A program made the translations under genes and the position numbers. The notes under the pieces were generated by a model that saw nothing but the letters and a program-made list of their open reading frames with translations, did no database searches and was not told the origin of the DNA. Source: Octopus vulgaris (Eukaryota). From it: a stretch of DNA of 64,000 nucleotides. The stretch spans positions 108,872,001-108,936,000 of the forward strand of contig OX597815.1 in NCBI GenBank assembly GCA_951406725.2. Direction: 5' to 3'. Shown in pieces: positions 14,770-26,927 of this stretch. Position 1 is the stretch's first letter. The number at the start of each line of letters is the position of its first letter.

Positions 14770-15165
14770 AGCAATTTTGTGGGAGGAGTTAAGCCGATTA
14801 CAGCAACCCAAGTGTTCAATTAGTACTTATTTTATTGGCCCTGAAAGGATGAAAGGCAAAGTCAATCTCGGCAGCATTTGAACTCAGAAAGTAAAGACGG
14901 AAGAAATGCCGCAAAACAGGTTTCCCGACGTGCTAACAGGTTTTAAGTTTAAGGCGGTGAGCTGGCAGAATCGTTAGTACGCCGGACATAATGCTTAGCA
15001 GTATTTCGTTCGTCTTCGTGTTCTGAGTTCAAACTCCATGCAGGTCGACTTCGCCTTTTATCCTTTCAGGGACGATAAAATAAGTCCTGGTTGAACACTG
15101 GGGTTGATGTAATCAACTTTTCTCCTCCCTCAAAATTGCTGGCCTAGTACCAAAATTTGAAGCCA
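14770..15165. mobile_element. Head-to-head inverted pair of Meta-type SINEs
   Basis: Minus copy 14770-14938 and plus copy 14953-15165 (ggcggtgagctggcagaatcgttag...). Confidence 0.8.
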
Positions 15166-15736
15166 ATATTGATTTAGTTTATTCCAGAACGTTGAGAAGA
15201 TGAGGATAGTGAAATATAGTGCTCTACCAACCTGCAGAGATTTTGACAGTTCATATCATGATTATGATCAAGACGTCTAGCTATCATCATTTAAGTTCAC
15301 CCACGTACTAAGTTGCATCTCAAGCTGGCAGAAATCCCTGCTCTAAATAGTAGTAGATTCACAAGTATTTTGTTGTCCTGCAGTATGGATTTGACTATTT
15401 CCTTAGATTTGACTACCATCGTGTGAGTGTCTCGTAAAAATGTAAATGCTAAGAGAGTAAACTCTGACAGACAACCAAAAGTGAAAGATGGGTGACTATT
15501 TATCTTCCACCAGGCAGCTATGGCTGCAAAATAAGTCCTAAACTGTTTTGTTTACGCATTGCTGTATACAGCCAAACAAGTGAAGTGGACAAATGATCCT
15601 CACATCTTGGCAGTTAACGATTTTTATATATAACGCTTGGGACCTTGATATAAAGGAAGCTCTAGCTACTAGATCTAAGAATAGTCAATACTAGAAGAGA
15701 CTTTATTTCTTGTCACCTCACTTTTGACATGTAAGC

Positions 15737-16110
15737 CAGACAGACAGATAGATAGATAGACAGACAGATAGATAAATAGATAGATAGATAGTTAGACAGA
15801 CAGGCAAACAGAGATATAAATAGATAGATAGATAGATTGACAGACAGATAAATATATTAGATAGGTAGTTAGTTAGTTAGTTAGTTAGTTAGGTAGGTAG
15901 GTAGGTAGGTAGGTAGGTAGGTAGGTAGGTAGGTAAGTAGGTAGGTAGGTAGGTAGGTAGGTAGGTAGGTAAGTAGGTAGGTCGGTAGGTAGGTAAGTAG
16001 GTAGGTTGTCGGTCGGTAGGTAGGCAAGTAGGTAGGTCGGTCGGTAGGTAGGTAGGTAGGTAGGTAGATAAGTAGGTAGGTAGGTCGGTAGGTAAGGTAG
16101 ATTGATTGAT
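15737..16110. repeat. Compound tetranucleotide microsatellite (AGAT/AGAC/AGTT/AGGT)n
   Basis: Seen directly. Confidence 0.95.
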
Positions 16111-16161
16111 TGAATGAATGACTGAGTGAATGACTAAGTAAACCAGTGAATGGTCACTTAC

Positions 16162-16248
16162 CTCTGAGTGAAAAATGCATACGACTAAAGACTGTAGCTA
16201 TCGAAAAAGATACAGCTGGACCAAATATTCCAATGGCTGTGATGATAC
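16162..16248 (-). CDS. SLCO: SLCO/OATP gene A coding exon 3 (TM5)
   Basis: tatttcag|GT ATC ATC... [30 protein letters not shown]|gtaagt. 87 nt, phase 1->1. Not in the ORF track. Confidence 0.9.
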
Positions 16249-16564
16249 CTGAAATATTAAAAGCAAAAGAAAGGTGACGAAATATATCAAAAAGAATGGA
16301 AACTCGAATGCGAGGAATTTCGAAGAAACATGTGAACCTCTTGATAACTGTAATTACTTCAGCGCATCAGTATTGATTGATGAAATAATGACAGAAATAC
16401 GTGTAAAGAACAAAGTGCTAATGTTATAAAGTTGGTCAGATTATAAAATCTTTCAAAAAGCTATTATTGAACTATTAGATAACAAACATTCCCCCCCCCC
16501 TTTACCAATGTGCATATCAAATATGAATTGCTGTTCAAATGAAAGTTTCTGAAAACAAAGAGAT

Positions 16565-16932
16565 ATATTCTTTTCTACTCCAGGCACAAGGCCCGAAATT
16601 TTGAGGGTGGGGTCCAGTCGATTAGATCTACTTCAGTACGCAACTGGTACTTAATTTATTGACCCCGAAAGGATGAAAGGCAAAGTCGATCTCGGCTGAA
16701 ATTGAACTCAGAACGTAGCGGCAGACGAAATACCTGGGCTAAACATAGAGGGGACAAACAAGGACAGACAAACGGATTAAATCGATTACATCGACCCCAG
16801 TGCGTATCGACCCCGAAAGGATGAAAGGCAAAGTCGGCCTCGGCGGAATTTGAACTCAGAACGTAACGGCAGTCGAAATACCGCTAAGCATTTCGCCCGG
16901 CGTGCTAACGTTTCTGCCAGCTCACCACCTTA
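16565..16932 (-). mobile_element. Meta-type SINE dimer
   Basis: Two successive units ending at the tRNA-like head (...cgtgctaacgtttctgccagctcaccacc). Confidence 0.85.
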
Positions 16933-17826
16933 AACAAAGAGAGAGACCTGGTTTGTGGATATCCCTAATTGTATAATATTTTTATTTGTGCTGTTAAATG
17001 TTTTAATTCTTTCTTTTTTCTTCGCATACTGTTTTTCTCTGTTATCTTGGTGCGGTACGGTGGTTTAATTTAAGACTTTAGCTCTTATTTCTAGCAGGTA
17101 GATGCTTAGCATCAGTGACGTCACAACCCATTTATACAGCCTAGTGAACTGGAGCAACGTGAAATAAAGTGAGATGCTCAAGAACACCAAAGACAGCCCA
17201 GTCCGTGAATCGAACTCTCTAGCTCATGATTATGTATATATATATTCAAATATAAATTAGAATCAGCGCTAGTGTTGTAAGCATTATCGGCTATCATACT
17301 CAATGTATGCACTTCGCATGTTCGTCTGTAGGCTGCGATTTAGCGCGGTAGGGATGCATCCCTCAAAGTATCGGGTGTTAAAATACTTGAAAGTCGCCCT
17401 ACATCTCATTCGTATTTGAATTCATTGTTTGGTCATACTAGCAAATAATTTTGACACTATTTGTATATAGTCATGAACTAGCGTTTCAGTTAGTCTCCAA
17501 TTCGGTACATAATGTTTATAAGACACAAAAATGGCGAAAAATCGATGTTCATCACTCTTGAATGGCATTTGGGCGAGTTGTTTCGCTTGACTATTACTTC
17601 CAGGTGTTCTAACACCTGCCGCTTTGAGGGAGTCACTCTCACCGCGCTATCCTCAGCCTACCGGCGAACAAATATTGGGGATATAAGAAGTATGTGTAGT
17701 AGATAATATACACAAAGACACACACACACACACATAAAGTTTGGAGCTCTAGTAATCCGTTACACCATTTACCTAACGTACCTAATCGTTTAGATCGCCT
17801 GTGAACTAAACCCCACTATTTTGTAT

Positions 17827-17869
<43 letters not shown>

Positions 17870-18027
17870 ATCACATGACCGAACAGACCATCAGATGTTG
17901 CTACACATCGCTGGTCACAATGCGTCCGCATTGTTTTAGCCTTCGAATGACGCCACCCCGCTGGCTAAGCGAGCAAGCCAATATATATATATAACACAAT
18001 ACATACATACATACATACATACATACA

Positions 18028-18121
<94 letters not shown>

Positions 18122-18461
18122 CAGTGGGGGGAAATAAATATTCGTACATGTCAAAATTCTTTATTTATTTAATTTCTAATGAACATAAATGGGATATACC
18201 AATACCATATTTGCATACACATGCATAAACTAAGAATATGCAAAAGAAACTAATAAATTACAGTAACTAAGGAATTTATATTCAATTGTAAATATTTAGG
18301 GGTGAAAAAAGTATTCGTAGAGAACATAAATAACTGATAATTCTGATTTAATACTTCGTAGCATAACCATTATTCAGTTCCACTTCAACCAATCTCTTCT
18401 TGTAGTTCTTAATCAATGACACGCATGTCTCGCATTTACGAATATTTATTTCCCCCCAATG
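18122..18461 (-). mobile_element. Internally deleted Tc1-like element (MITE)
   Basis: TA|CAGTGGGGGGAAATAAATATTCGTA ... TACGAATATTTATTTCCCCCCAATG|TA TIRs. Retains a Tc1 transposase C-terminus (KNYKKRLVEVELNNGYATKY*). Confidence 0.88.
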
Positions 18462-18729
18462 TATATATATATATAACGCAATACATACATACATATATAT
18501 ATATATACATACATACGCACACACACATTTACACATGCATACGCTCATGTTTTAAGTGTTGAATCCTGTTTACAACTAAACGTCTGCGTGGTTAGAAGTT
18601 TGCTTCCGAAACACGTGGTTCCGAGTTCAGTCCCATTGCGTGGTTCCTTGACCAAGTGCCTTCTATAATTGCCTCGGGCCGACAAGAGTTTTGTGAATGG
18701 ATTTGGTAGAGGAAAACTGAAAGAAGCCC

Positions 18730-18810
<81 letters not shown>

Positions 18811-18918
18811 ATTTGTTCGCAGTCGTGTGCGCCTGCTCGAGCGCGAGTAAATACCTTGTAATATGGTTTACAAACCTTTTGAATAGACACGTCGAAGGCT
18901 ATACACAAACGCGTAGGT

Positions 18919-18962
<44 letters not shown>

Positions 18963-18999
18963 CACACGAACATTGGGAGAAAAAGCGAAAGACACTTAC

Positions 19000-19209
19000 C
19001 CATATACTTCCCAGTTTTTGTTCTCTTCACGTTGTTATCAACATATACAGCTATCAATGGTGTTCTAACAGATTTGCCCATTCCTTGTAACATCATCCCA
19101 ATTGCGATCAGTGAAAGCGCCCATAAATTCGTTGGAGAAGATTCATTCGGGGGTTTTATATCCTGCTTCTCAGTGCACATGTAAAGTGCATCGTTGGTAT
19201 AATTTCGAC
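19000..19209 (-). CDS. SLCO: SLCO/OATP gene A coding exon 2 (TM4)
   Basis: ttgttacccag|GT CGA AAT... GRNYTNDALYMCTEK...LIAIGMMLQGMGKSVRTPLIAVYVDNNVKRTKTGKYM G|gtaagt. 210 nt, phase 1->1. Confidence 0.93.
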
Positions 19210-19244
19210 CTGGGTAACAACAGAAGAAAAATTTTAAAAATTAT

Positions 19245-20880
19245 TTCTGCCATAGGTACAAAGCCTGTAATTTTGTAGGAAGAGTTTAGTTGATCAAACC
19301 TACCTACCCCAGTGCTCTGCAAGTACTTATTTTATCGAACGCCCACAGGATGAAAAAGCAAAGTCGACCCAGGTGGAAATGGAGCGTGGAACTGCTGCTA
19401 AGAATTTTCGTACGAAATGCTGCTAAGAATTTTGTTTTGTGTGCTAATGATTCTTATTCCTTTATTGCTCACAATGGGCTAAACATAAAGGGGACAAACA
19501 AGGACAGACAAACGGATTAAGTCGATTACATCGACTCCAGTGCGTAACTGATACTTATTTAATCGACTCCAAAAGGATGAAAGGCAAAGTCGACCTCGGA
19601 GGAATTTGAACTCAGAACGTAGCGGCAGACGAAATACCTATTTCTTTACTACTCCTAAGGGGCTACACACAGAGAGGACAAACAAGGACAGACAAACGGA
19701 TTAAGTCGATCATATCGACCCCAGTGCGTAACTGGTACTTATTTAATCGACCCTGAAAGGATGAAAGGCAAAGTCGACCTCAGCGGAATTTGAACTCAGA
19801 ACGAAATACCGCTAGGCATTTCGCCCGGCGTGCTAAAGATTCTGCCAGCTCACCACTTCCGTAATAATAATTTCTTTTTTCTACTCTAGGCACAAGACCT
19901 GGAATTATGGATGAAGGGTATAATCAATTGCATCAACCCCAGTGTACAACTGGTACTTATTTTATCTATACCGAAAAGATGAAAGGCAAAGTTGATCTTG
20001 GCACGAATTGGGAAAAGGGGCTAGTCGAATACATCGATGCTGGTGCTCAACTGGTCCTTATCTTATCTACCCCGAAAAGATGAAAGGCAAAGTTGACTTC
20101 GATGCATTTGAACTCAGAAACTTAAGCCGGAGGAAATACCTATTTCTTTACTACCCACAGAGGGGACAAACAAGGACAGACAAACGGATTAAGTCGGTTA
20201 CATCGACACCAGTGCGGAACTGGTACTTATTTAATCGACCTCGAAAGGGATGAACGGCAAAATCGACCGCATCGGAATTTGAACTCAGAACGTAGCGGCA
20301 GACGAAATACCTATTTCTTAACTACCACAAGGGGCTAAACACAGAAGGGACAAACAAGGACAGACAAACGGATTAAGCCGATTACATCGACCCAGTGCGT
20401 AACTGGTACTTAATTTATCGACCCCGAAAGGATGAAATGTGAAGTTGACCTCGGCGGAATTTGAACTCAGAACGTAACGGCAGATGAAATACGGCTACGC
20501 ATTTCGCCCGGCGTGCTAACGATTCTGCTAGCCTGCTGCTTTAATTCTTTCTACTAAAAGAACGGCCAGGAATTTTTGCTGGGTGGGAGTCGGGGGGAGA
20601 AGTCGATTGCATGATCCTAGTATTTACTAGCACTTAATCTGATCGATCCCAAAAGGATGAAAGGCAAAGTTGACTTCGGCGAGATTTGAATCGAGAAAAT
20701 GCTTCGGCGGTATTTGAACCAGCGGAAATGCCACGAAGCAATTTTTTTCCGGACGCGCTAGCTATTCTGCCAGCTGACACCTTTTTTTGAAAGGAAAGCA
20801 TAAGCATGTGGCCTAGAATTCTGATGGGAAGGGTATAGTCAATATCTTTGTGTCCAAAACTTGACTGGTAAAATAATAAC
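19245..20880 (-). mobile_element. Large head-to-tail cluster of Meta-type SINEs (~8 units)
   Basis: Repeated aaggatgaaaggcaaagtcgacctc...gaactcagaacg units, all in the same orientation. Confidence 0.88.
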
Positions 20881-21194
20881 ATTTCTATTTGCTCCAGAAT
20901 CATCTAAAATTCGTCGATAAAACTCAAGTAAATATTGATTTGTATATTAAGTGAGGTTAGGAATTTTAGAAGTGAGTATAGATAATTATATGTTCATCCA
21001 GTTTCAATGGAACTTATTGATCAATCCTAAAAGGGTGTCATAAAGAAACAATCCAGGTCGAATTTAAACAGAGGATACATTAATGACTTGTAGGTATGTG
21101 ATATTTCGTTATTCAACCATAATATACTATAAAATATATTAAATGTGTTTATAGGTCAACACCACGTTCTACTGCGTAATATAGAGGATATATC

Positions 21195-21400
21195 AAGGCA
21201 ACGAGTTGGCAGAAACGTTAGAACGCCGAGCGAAATGCTTAGCAGTATTTCGTCAGTCTATATGCTCTGAGTTCAAATTCCGCCGAGACTTTGCCTTTCA
21301 TCTTTTGTACCAAATTAAGTACCAGTAGCGTACTTGGGTGATCTAATTGACTGACCCCCTCCCCAAAATTTCAGGCCTTGTGCCTAGAGTAGAAAAGAAT
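21195..21400 (+). mobile_element. Meta-type SINE
   Basis: ggcaacgagttggcagaaacgttag...ctgagttcaaattccgccgag...tagagtagaaaagaat. Confidence 0.85.
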
Positions 21401-22639
21401 GTAGAGGTTATATTATTTGAAGACATTTGTCTGGTAAAAATCCACGTAAAAATAAAATAAGCTGAAATATGTTGATGATAACAGAAATGAATTTACAGAA
21501 ATAACTCAGTTAGAAATTTCGTAACCTTCAGAAGAGTAAAATATAATTTTATAAAATAGATGGCATGTTATGATACTGTGAAATAGGTTTGCTTTTATCA
21601 CTGCAGAAAACCTCCAGGTAACTAACTTTTATCAGTGTTGCTACATAGCGAAAAAGGTATCGTATGATAATGGGATGATAATGGTATGGTTGATTCCGTC
21701 GTTCGATAATGAAGATTCAGTTGTTCAATCAACTGAATTATCTGGCCCTGCTCTAATTTGTAAGTGGCGAAACATTCCACAGATACGTATACCCTTTACG
21801 TAACTCCCAAGCGGAGTCAACGTGATACAGCACGTGAGAAGACGACCTTTTGAATTACAAGTACAATCCACCTGAAGGGTTTCCATCACAGTTTCAATTG
21901 ACTCGAGGTTATATAATATGAGATTTGCAATAGAAGCCACGCAGTAGGAGCGAAACTGGATACGTAGTTGCGAAGCGAACTTGCTAAGCATTCGGCCATG
22001 TTACGCCTAAGATAATGTCATATTGTGTTTATGACTTATTATTCATATGCCTTGTTCATCTAACAAGGTTCTTCGTCATAGTCGAACAGTCAGTAACATA
22101 GCAAGTATTCTCAAATCACACAGTCCAGAGCAAATACAATGGCTTAAAGAAAATTAAAAAAATATCACAGTTCATAGCAAGAAGCATTTTAATATAGGTT
22201 TGCTAGTTCAGTGCCAGCTTGGGAATAACAACAACATATATATTGCTATATTGTATTTTGTTAGCAACTAATGATAGATTGGCAAGAATTATTAGAGTAC
22301 GAAATCAACTTTATCCATAATACAATAAAGCGCCAAGCAAGAATTTGGGATCGATTCAATCAAGCTTCAACGAAAATGAACGACCTTATGTCTAAGAGAC
22401 AAATATCACTTCCAAATACTTGCTAACATAACCACAAGACCACATATTGTTTTGTAGAAGGGCGGAGTTGATAAAAATCAGTCCCTGTACTTGACTGGTG
22501 CTTAATTTAATCGATCCCGAAATATTAAAGGCATTGTAGTCTGTTTTAGAGGTTAGATCGCACAAAAACATAATTAAATACCACAAAGTAATACGATTAA
22601 GTTTACTGTTCGACCAATTCTACCAAACCAAGGTTCTTT

Positions 22640-23445
22640 AATATTGTTCTTTTAAAATCTTGAAATTCGGGGAAAAATATAATCGATTAACTTTATCCCA
22701 GCATTTGACTGGTACGTACTATTTATCGAGCCCAGTAGATGAAATGCAAAATTGATCTGGGTATCGTATGAACTCAGAAATGTAGAAGGAACGTAACTGA
22801 CTATTGCATTGGATTTTGTCTTCAGCATCCCACCTCTTTTGCATTTGATAATTATTTATCTCTACTCAAGGCAAAAGGCCTGGAAAATTTCGGAAGAAAG
22901 GGGGTAGTCAATTAAATCGACCACAGTGCGTAACTGGTACTTATTTAATCGACCCCGAAAGGGATGAACGGCAAAATCGACCGCAGCGGAATTTGAACTC
23001 AGAACGTAGCAGCAGACGAAATACCTATTTCTTTACTACCCACAAGGGGCTAAACACAGAAGGGACAAACAAGGACAGACAAACGGATTAACTCGATTAT
23101 ATCGACCCCAGTGCGTAACTGGTACTTAATTTATCGACCCCGAAAGGATGAAAGACAAAGTCGACCTCAGCGGAATTTGAATTCAGAACGTAGCAGCAGA
23201 CAAAATTCCTATTTCTTTACTACCCGCAAGGGGCTAAACACAGAGAGGACAAACAAGGACAGACAAACGGATTAAGTCGATTATATCGACCCCAGTGCGT
23301 AACTGGTACTTATTTAATCGACCCTGAAAGGATGAAAGGCAAAGTCGACCTCAGCGGAATTTGAACTCAGAACGTAACGGCAGACGAAATACGGCTACGC
23401 ATCTCGCCCGGCGTGCTAACGTTTCTGCCAGCAGCTCGCCGCCTT
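22640..23445 (-). mobile_element. Head-to-tail Meta-type SINE array (~184-bp period)
   Basis: Junction gacgaaatac|ctatttctttactaccc recurs at ~23024 and ~23208. Confidence 0.88.
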
Positions 23446-23502
23446 TCTTTCGCCTTTAATAATAAAGTTTGAATGTTATAAACGAAGTGGTTAAAATTAT
23501 TA

Positions 23503-23540
<38 letters not shown>

Positions 23541-23665
23541 AGCTGCTGCTGCTACTGGTGGTAGTGGTGCTGGTGGTAGTGGTGCTGGTGGTAGTGGTGC
23601 TGGTGGTAGTGGTGGTAGTGATGATGATGGTGATTACGACGACGATGTCGATGCTGATTTAATAC

Positions 23666-24260
23666 CTTTGTCAGTGGGTGGATGTTCAAGATGTTGATCA
23701 GTAATTGCTGAAGAATCCAAAAAGAAGGGTGATGCACATATAAGGCCAGAGATCCCAAAAACGAATGTGCCAGCTGCTAAGACGCGTGGAATATGTTTAT
23801 TTCGAAAACAGTGACTGACCAACAGAACAGTGCTGAGAAATCCAATATCATTGCAAGCCAAAAGAAAACCGCTATTGGCACTGGAAAAGCCAAATTGTCG
23901 TTCAAGTGCTGTAACTTGAGATATGATATAACTTGTAAGAGTAGACGTGACAAGAGCAGGTCCGGCGTAGAAAATAATAAAAAAATATATGTTTGTAAAA
24001 TGCTGTAATTGTTTTGGCCGGAAATTTCCGATTCCACATAAATAATCAGGATCTGTATCAAAGAAATCAGGTTTTACAACATTGGAATCAGGTTTGTTAG
24101 CCACAATATTGTCAGTGTTATTTAAGGTATCAGATTCGGAAAGCAGGGTTTCGAGGTGGTTCGAATTTTGTGTTTCACAATCATAACTTTGGTGAAATTC
24201 TTCATTCGTGAGAGAACCATGTTGTTTTTTAGCATCATCTGTTCCAAATTCTTCGCTCAT
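23666..24260 (-). CDS. SLCO: SLCO/OATP gene A first coding exon (N-terminus, TM1-TM3)
   Basis: MSEEFG...LCGIGNFRPKQLQHF...SQVTALERQFGFSSANSGFLLACNDIG...HIPRVLAAG...PFF. Acceptor tttttcag| at 24272 (12-nt UTR), donor AAAG|gtatta at 23666, phase 1 fits the next exon. Confidence 0.93.
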
Positions 24261-24419
24261 CTTGAGTAATTTCTGAAAAAATAAATGAATAAATAAATAA
24301 AAATCTTACTGAAACTTTCCAGAAAATTCTTCAAGGTAAAGAAAAACGTTCTAAATTATATAGACTATAATGTAAACGAAACATATGCACACATACTACG
24401 AACATACGCATAGCTATCA

Positions 24420-24770
24420 TGGATCAACAGCCGGATTACTAACTCCTATTTCGAAGGGCATGCGTTTGCAATCCAGGAATAGAAAATATCAACCAAATAC
24501 CCAAGGCATAAAAAGGACACAGACATAGGAAAAGCAGCAAAATGTGATAACCGATGGAAACTTTGTGGAGTTAACACCGAAGATATCACCAAAATTATAA
24601 GCAGTTTTCCAAAAATGTCATCACAGTATTATCTACCGATAAGACATGATGTAGGTAAGATGCTGTATAATGAGATCTGTCGGAAGGATAACCCCGAGAC
24701 CAGAGAAATAAGAACCTACAGTAGAAAATACGATAAGAAATAAATGAAATACTTACATGCACCCTGGAAA
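24420..24770 (+). mobile_element. R4/Dong-like LINE fragment (zinc-knuckle region)
   Basis: AIQE...KCDNRWKLCGVNTEDITKIISSFPKMSSQYYLPIRHDV... Confidence 0.55.
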
Positions 24771-25043
24771 AAAAACCGAAGCAGAAGTTTTTTTTTTCCA
24801 TTGGCGCATGTAAGTATTTCATTTATTTCTTATTGTATTTTCTACTTAAGAGGAAAACCTCTATGAGATTAATTCCAAAATTGATTCAATATAGAAATAA
24901 CGAACTTTTTAAAACATAATTCTGTTGACTAGCTTGCCGATTTCAGTACAACGTATTCCTGTAGTGAGTATATATGTGGAAATTGACGATTTAAAAGTCT
25001 GTTATCAGCATATTGGCATAGAAATAAATTTTCTTTTGCTCTT

Positions 25044-25104
<61 letters not shown>

Positions 25105-25107
<3 letters not shown>

Positions 25108-26440
25108 GAAAAAACAAGTCAAAATAGAAAATGCTAAAATAATTTTATAAAGAACATTTCAGTACCGGTTTCGGCCATTTTGAGACCTTTTCAACTGTAA
25201 CGATTGAATAATTAAATTTAGAAAAATTAGAAGAAAAGTTTTTTTAAAGGAATATTTGTATAGTGTTCAAGTATAAGTGGCATTCTGCCTTTCTCTGACT
25301 CCCTTGTTTGCACTTGTGTGTTCGAGGTCGTTGTGAATTCTTGGTAGGGTAGAAGAAGAAGAAGGCTGATGAGGAGAGGGGGTGGAAAAATTTGGGAGTG
25401 CCTTGATTGTTGTATTTTGAATGGTCAGTGACGGCTAGCAGTTGCAGTTCAATTCAGGAGAATATTTCTATTGAGAGGTTTGTTTATGGAATTTGCGTAG
25501 GTGTATTACTAAAAAGCATTAGTGATAAAGTTAAGAGGTAGAAGGTGGAGCAGATGAAGAAGAAGAAGAAGAAGAAGAAGAAGAAGAAGAAGAAGAAGAA
25601 GAAGATGACGATGTTGATGATGATGATGATGATAAGAAGAAGAAGGAGAAGGAGAAGAAGAAGATGATGATGATGGCGGTGGTGATGATGATGACGACGA
25701 TGATGATGATAATGATGATGATGAAGAAGAAGAAGAAGAAAACAGAGAAGGGAGAATATGAATGGGTGAAAGTAGTGAGGTGTTGTATGACTTGAAGTTG
25801 GCATGTTATGGATTATAGCTGTGATTGGGGCTGATTAGTAATGGATTCTTTGGAATGTAATATTTGTGTGTGTATATTTCTTTTATTCTAAAATTGAGGT
25901 ATATTAATCGTTTGTCGTAGACCCGTTAAGAAGTGGCCTGTATTTTGTAATAAAGAGAGTTTCTTTACTTATTCGTTGTCTCGAGGTTGTATCGTCCCTA
26001 AATTGGTAGAGGGGGAAAATCCTGAAGCCTGGTGTTTTGTTGTTGGCGCAAGTATCTATGTGTTGGCTAAAAGCTATTTTTCTGTTTTGGGGAATTTTTA
26101 TCTGGGATCTGTGCAGGGCCATTCTTTTACGCAAACTATTTTTTGTTTGGCCTATGTACTGCTCTTGACACCCGGAGCAGGTTAGTGAGTATATTAGGTT
26201 CTCCGAAGCACATGTGAAGTTGCTTTTCACTGTAAACCGTTGTCCCTGTTTGAAGGAGAACTCTGATCCCTCAATTAGATAGTCGCATATCCCGCAATTG
26301 GGTCTTCCACATTTTTTTACTGTCGGCTTCTGTGTTGAAGAGTGAATTCGGGCTTGTGTTAGGAGACTTTTCATGGATTTAGGCTGTCTCTTGCTTTTTA
26401 TGATCGTGTGTGTTTGGAGGATTGTGTTCATTCTGTGGTC
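25105..26440 (-). mobile_element. 5'-truncated Penelope-like element 3 with an open GIY-YIG domain
   Basis: KRQPKSMKSLLTQA...KCGRPNCGICDYL...FTCASENLIYSLTCSGCQEQYIGQTKNSLRKRMALH...RISKETLFITKYRPLLN* (stop 25904), then a long 3' UTR with (GAA/GAT)n. Confidence 0.9.
25158..25198 (-). ncRNA. Variant hammerhead-like motif in the 3' UTR of element 3
   Basis: CAG UUGAAAA GGUC-ucaaaau-GGCC GAAA CCGG UA CUG; palindromic ACCGGU stem III, non-canonical core. Confidence 0.5.
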
Positions 26441-26468
26441 TAACCCTAACCCTAACCCTAACCCTAAC
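26441..26468 (-). repeat. Interstitial telomeric repeat (TTAGGG)4+
   Basis: taaccc x4 + taac on the plus strand. Confidence 0.9.
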
Positions 26469-26762
26469 ATGTATAGTAATAAACAAACAATCAGAATAAA
26501 AACACGGAAGGTAAAGTTGAAAGACATATACAAAATTTTCAGAAGAACAGAGAACAAATACAGGTTACCAACTCCTCGTCAGCTATCGGCCAGTGCAGTG
26601 AGCGCAATTTCGTGCCATTATCGATAATATTGCTTCAACATTGGAGGCAACCAGCAAGAGAACTTGCTGGGAATGCGGGCAAAACATAACGAAAGAAAAC
26701 GAAACGAACAAACAAGGATGAACGACAAGATTGTTAGTGGACGGACGAGGGACAAAAAACTG

Positions 26763-26809
<47 letters not shown>

Positions 26810-26874
26810 TTATATATATATATGCATATATATATGTACACACACACACACAAGCACACACACACACACACACG

Positions 26875-26920
<46 letters not shown>

Positions 26921-26927
<7 letters not shown>

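Noticed and set aside
19245-23445. Regularly repeated units resembling a CRISPR array
   Set aside because: Units are ~184-bp SINE bodies with no unique spacers, there are no cas genes, and the context is eukaryotic.
23634-23665. Stop codon ending ORF 23634-24260, suggesting a truncated SLCO pseudogene
   Set aside because: Read-through into the intron; the donor at 23666 splices in phase to exon 19209.
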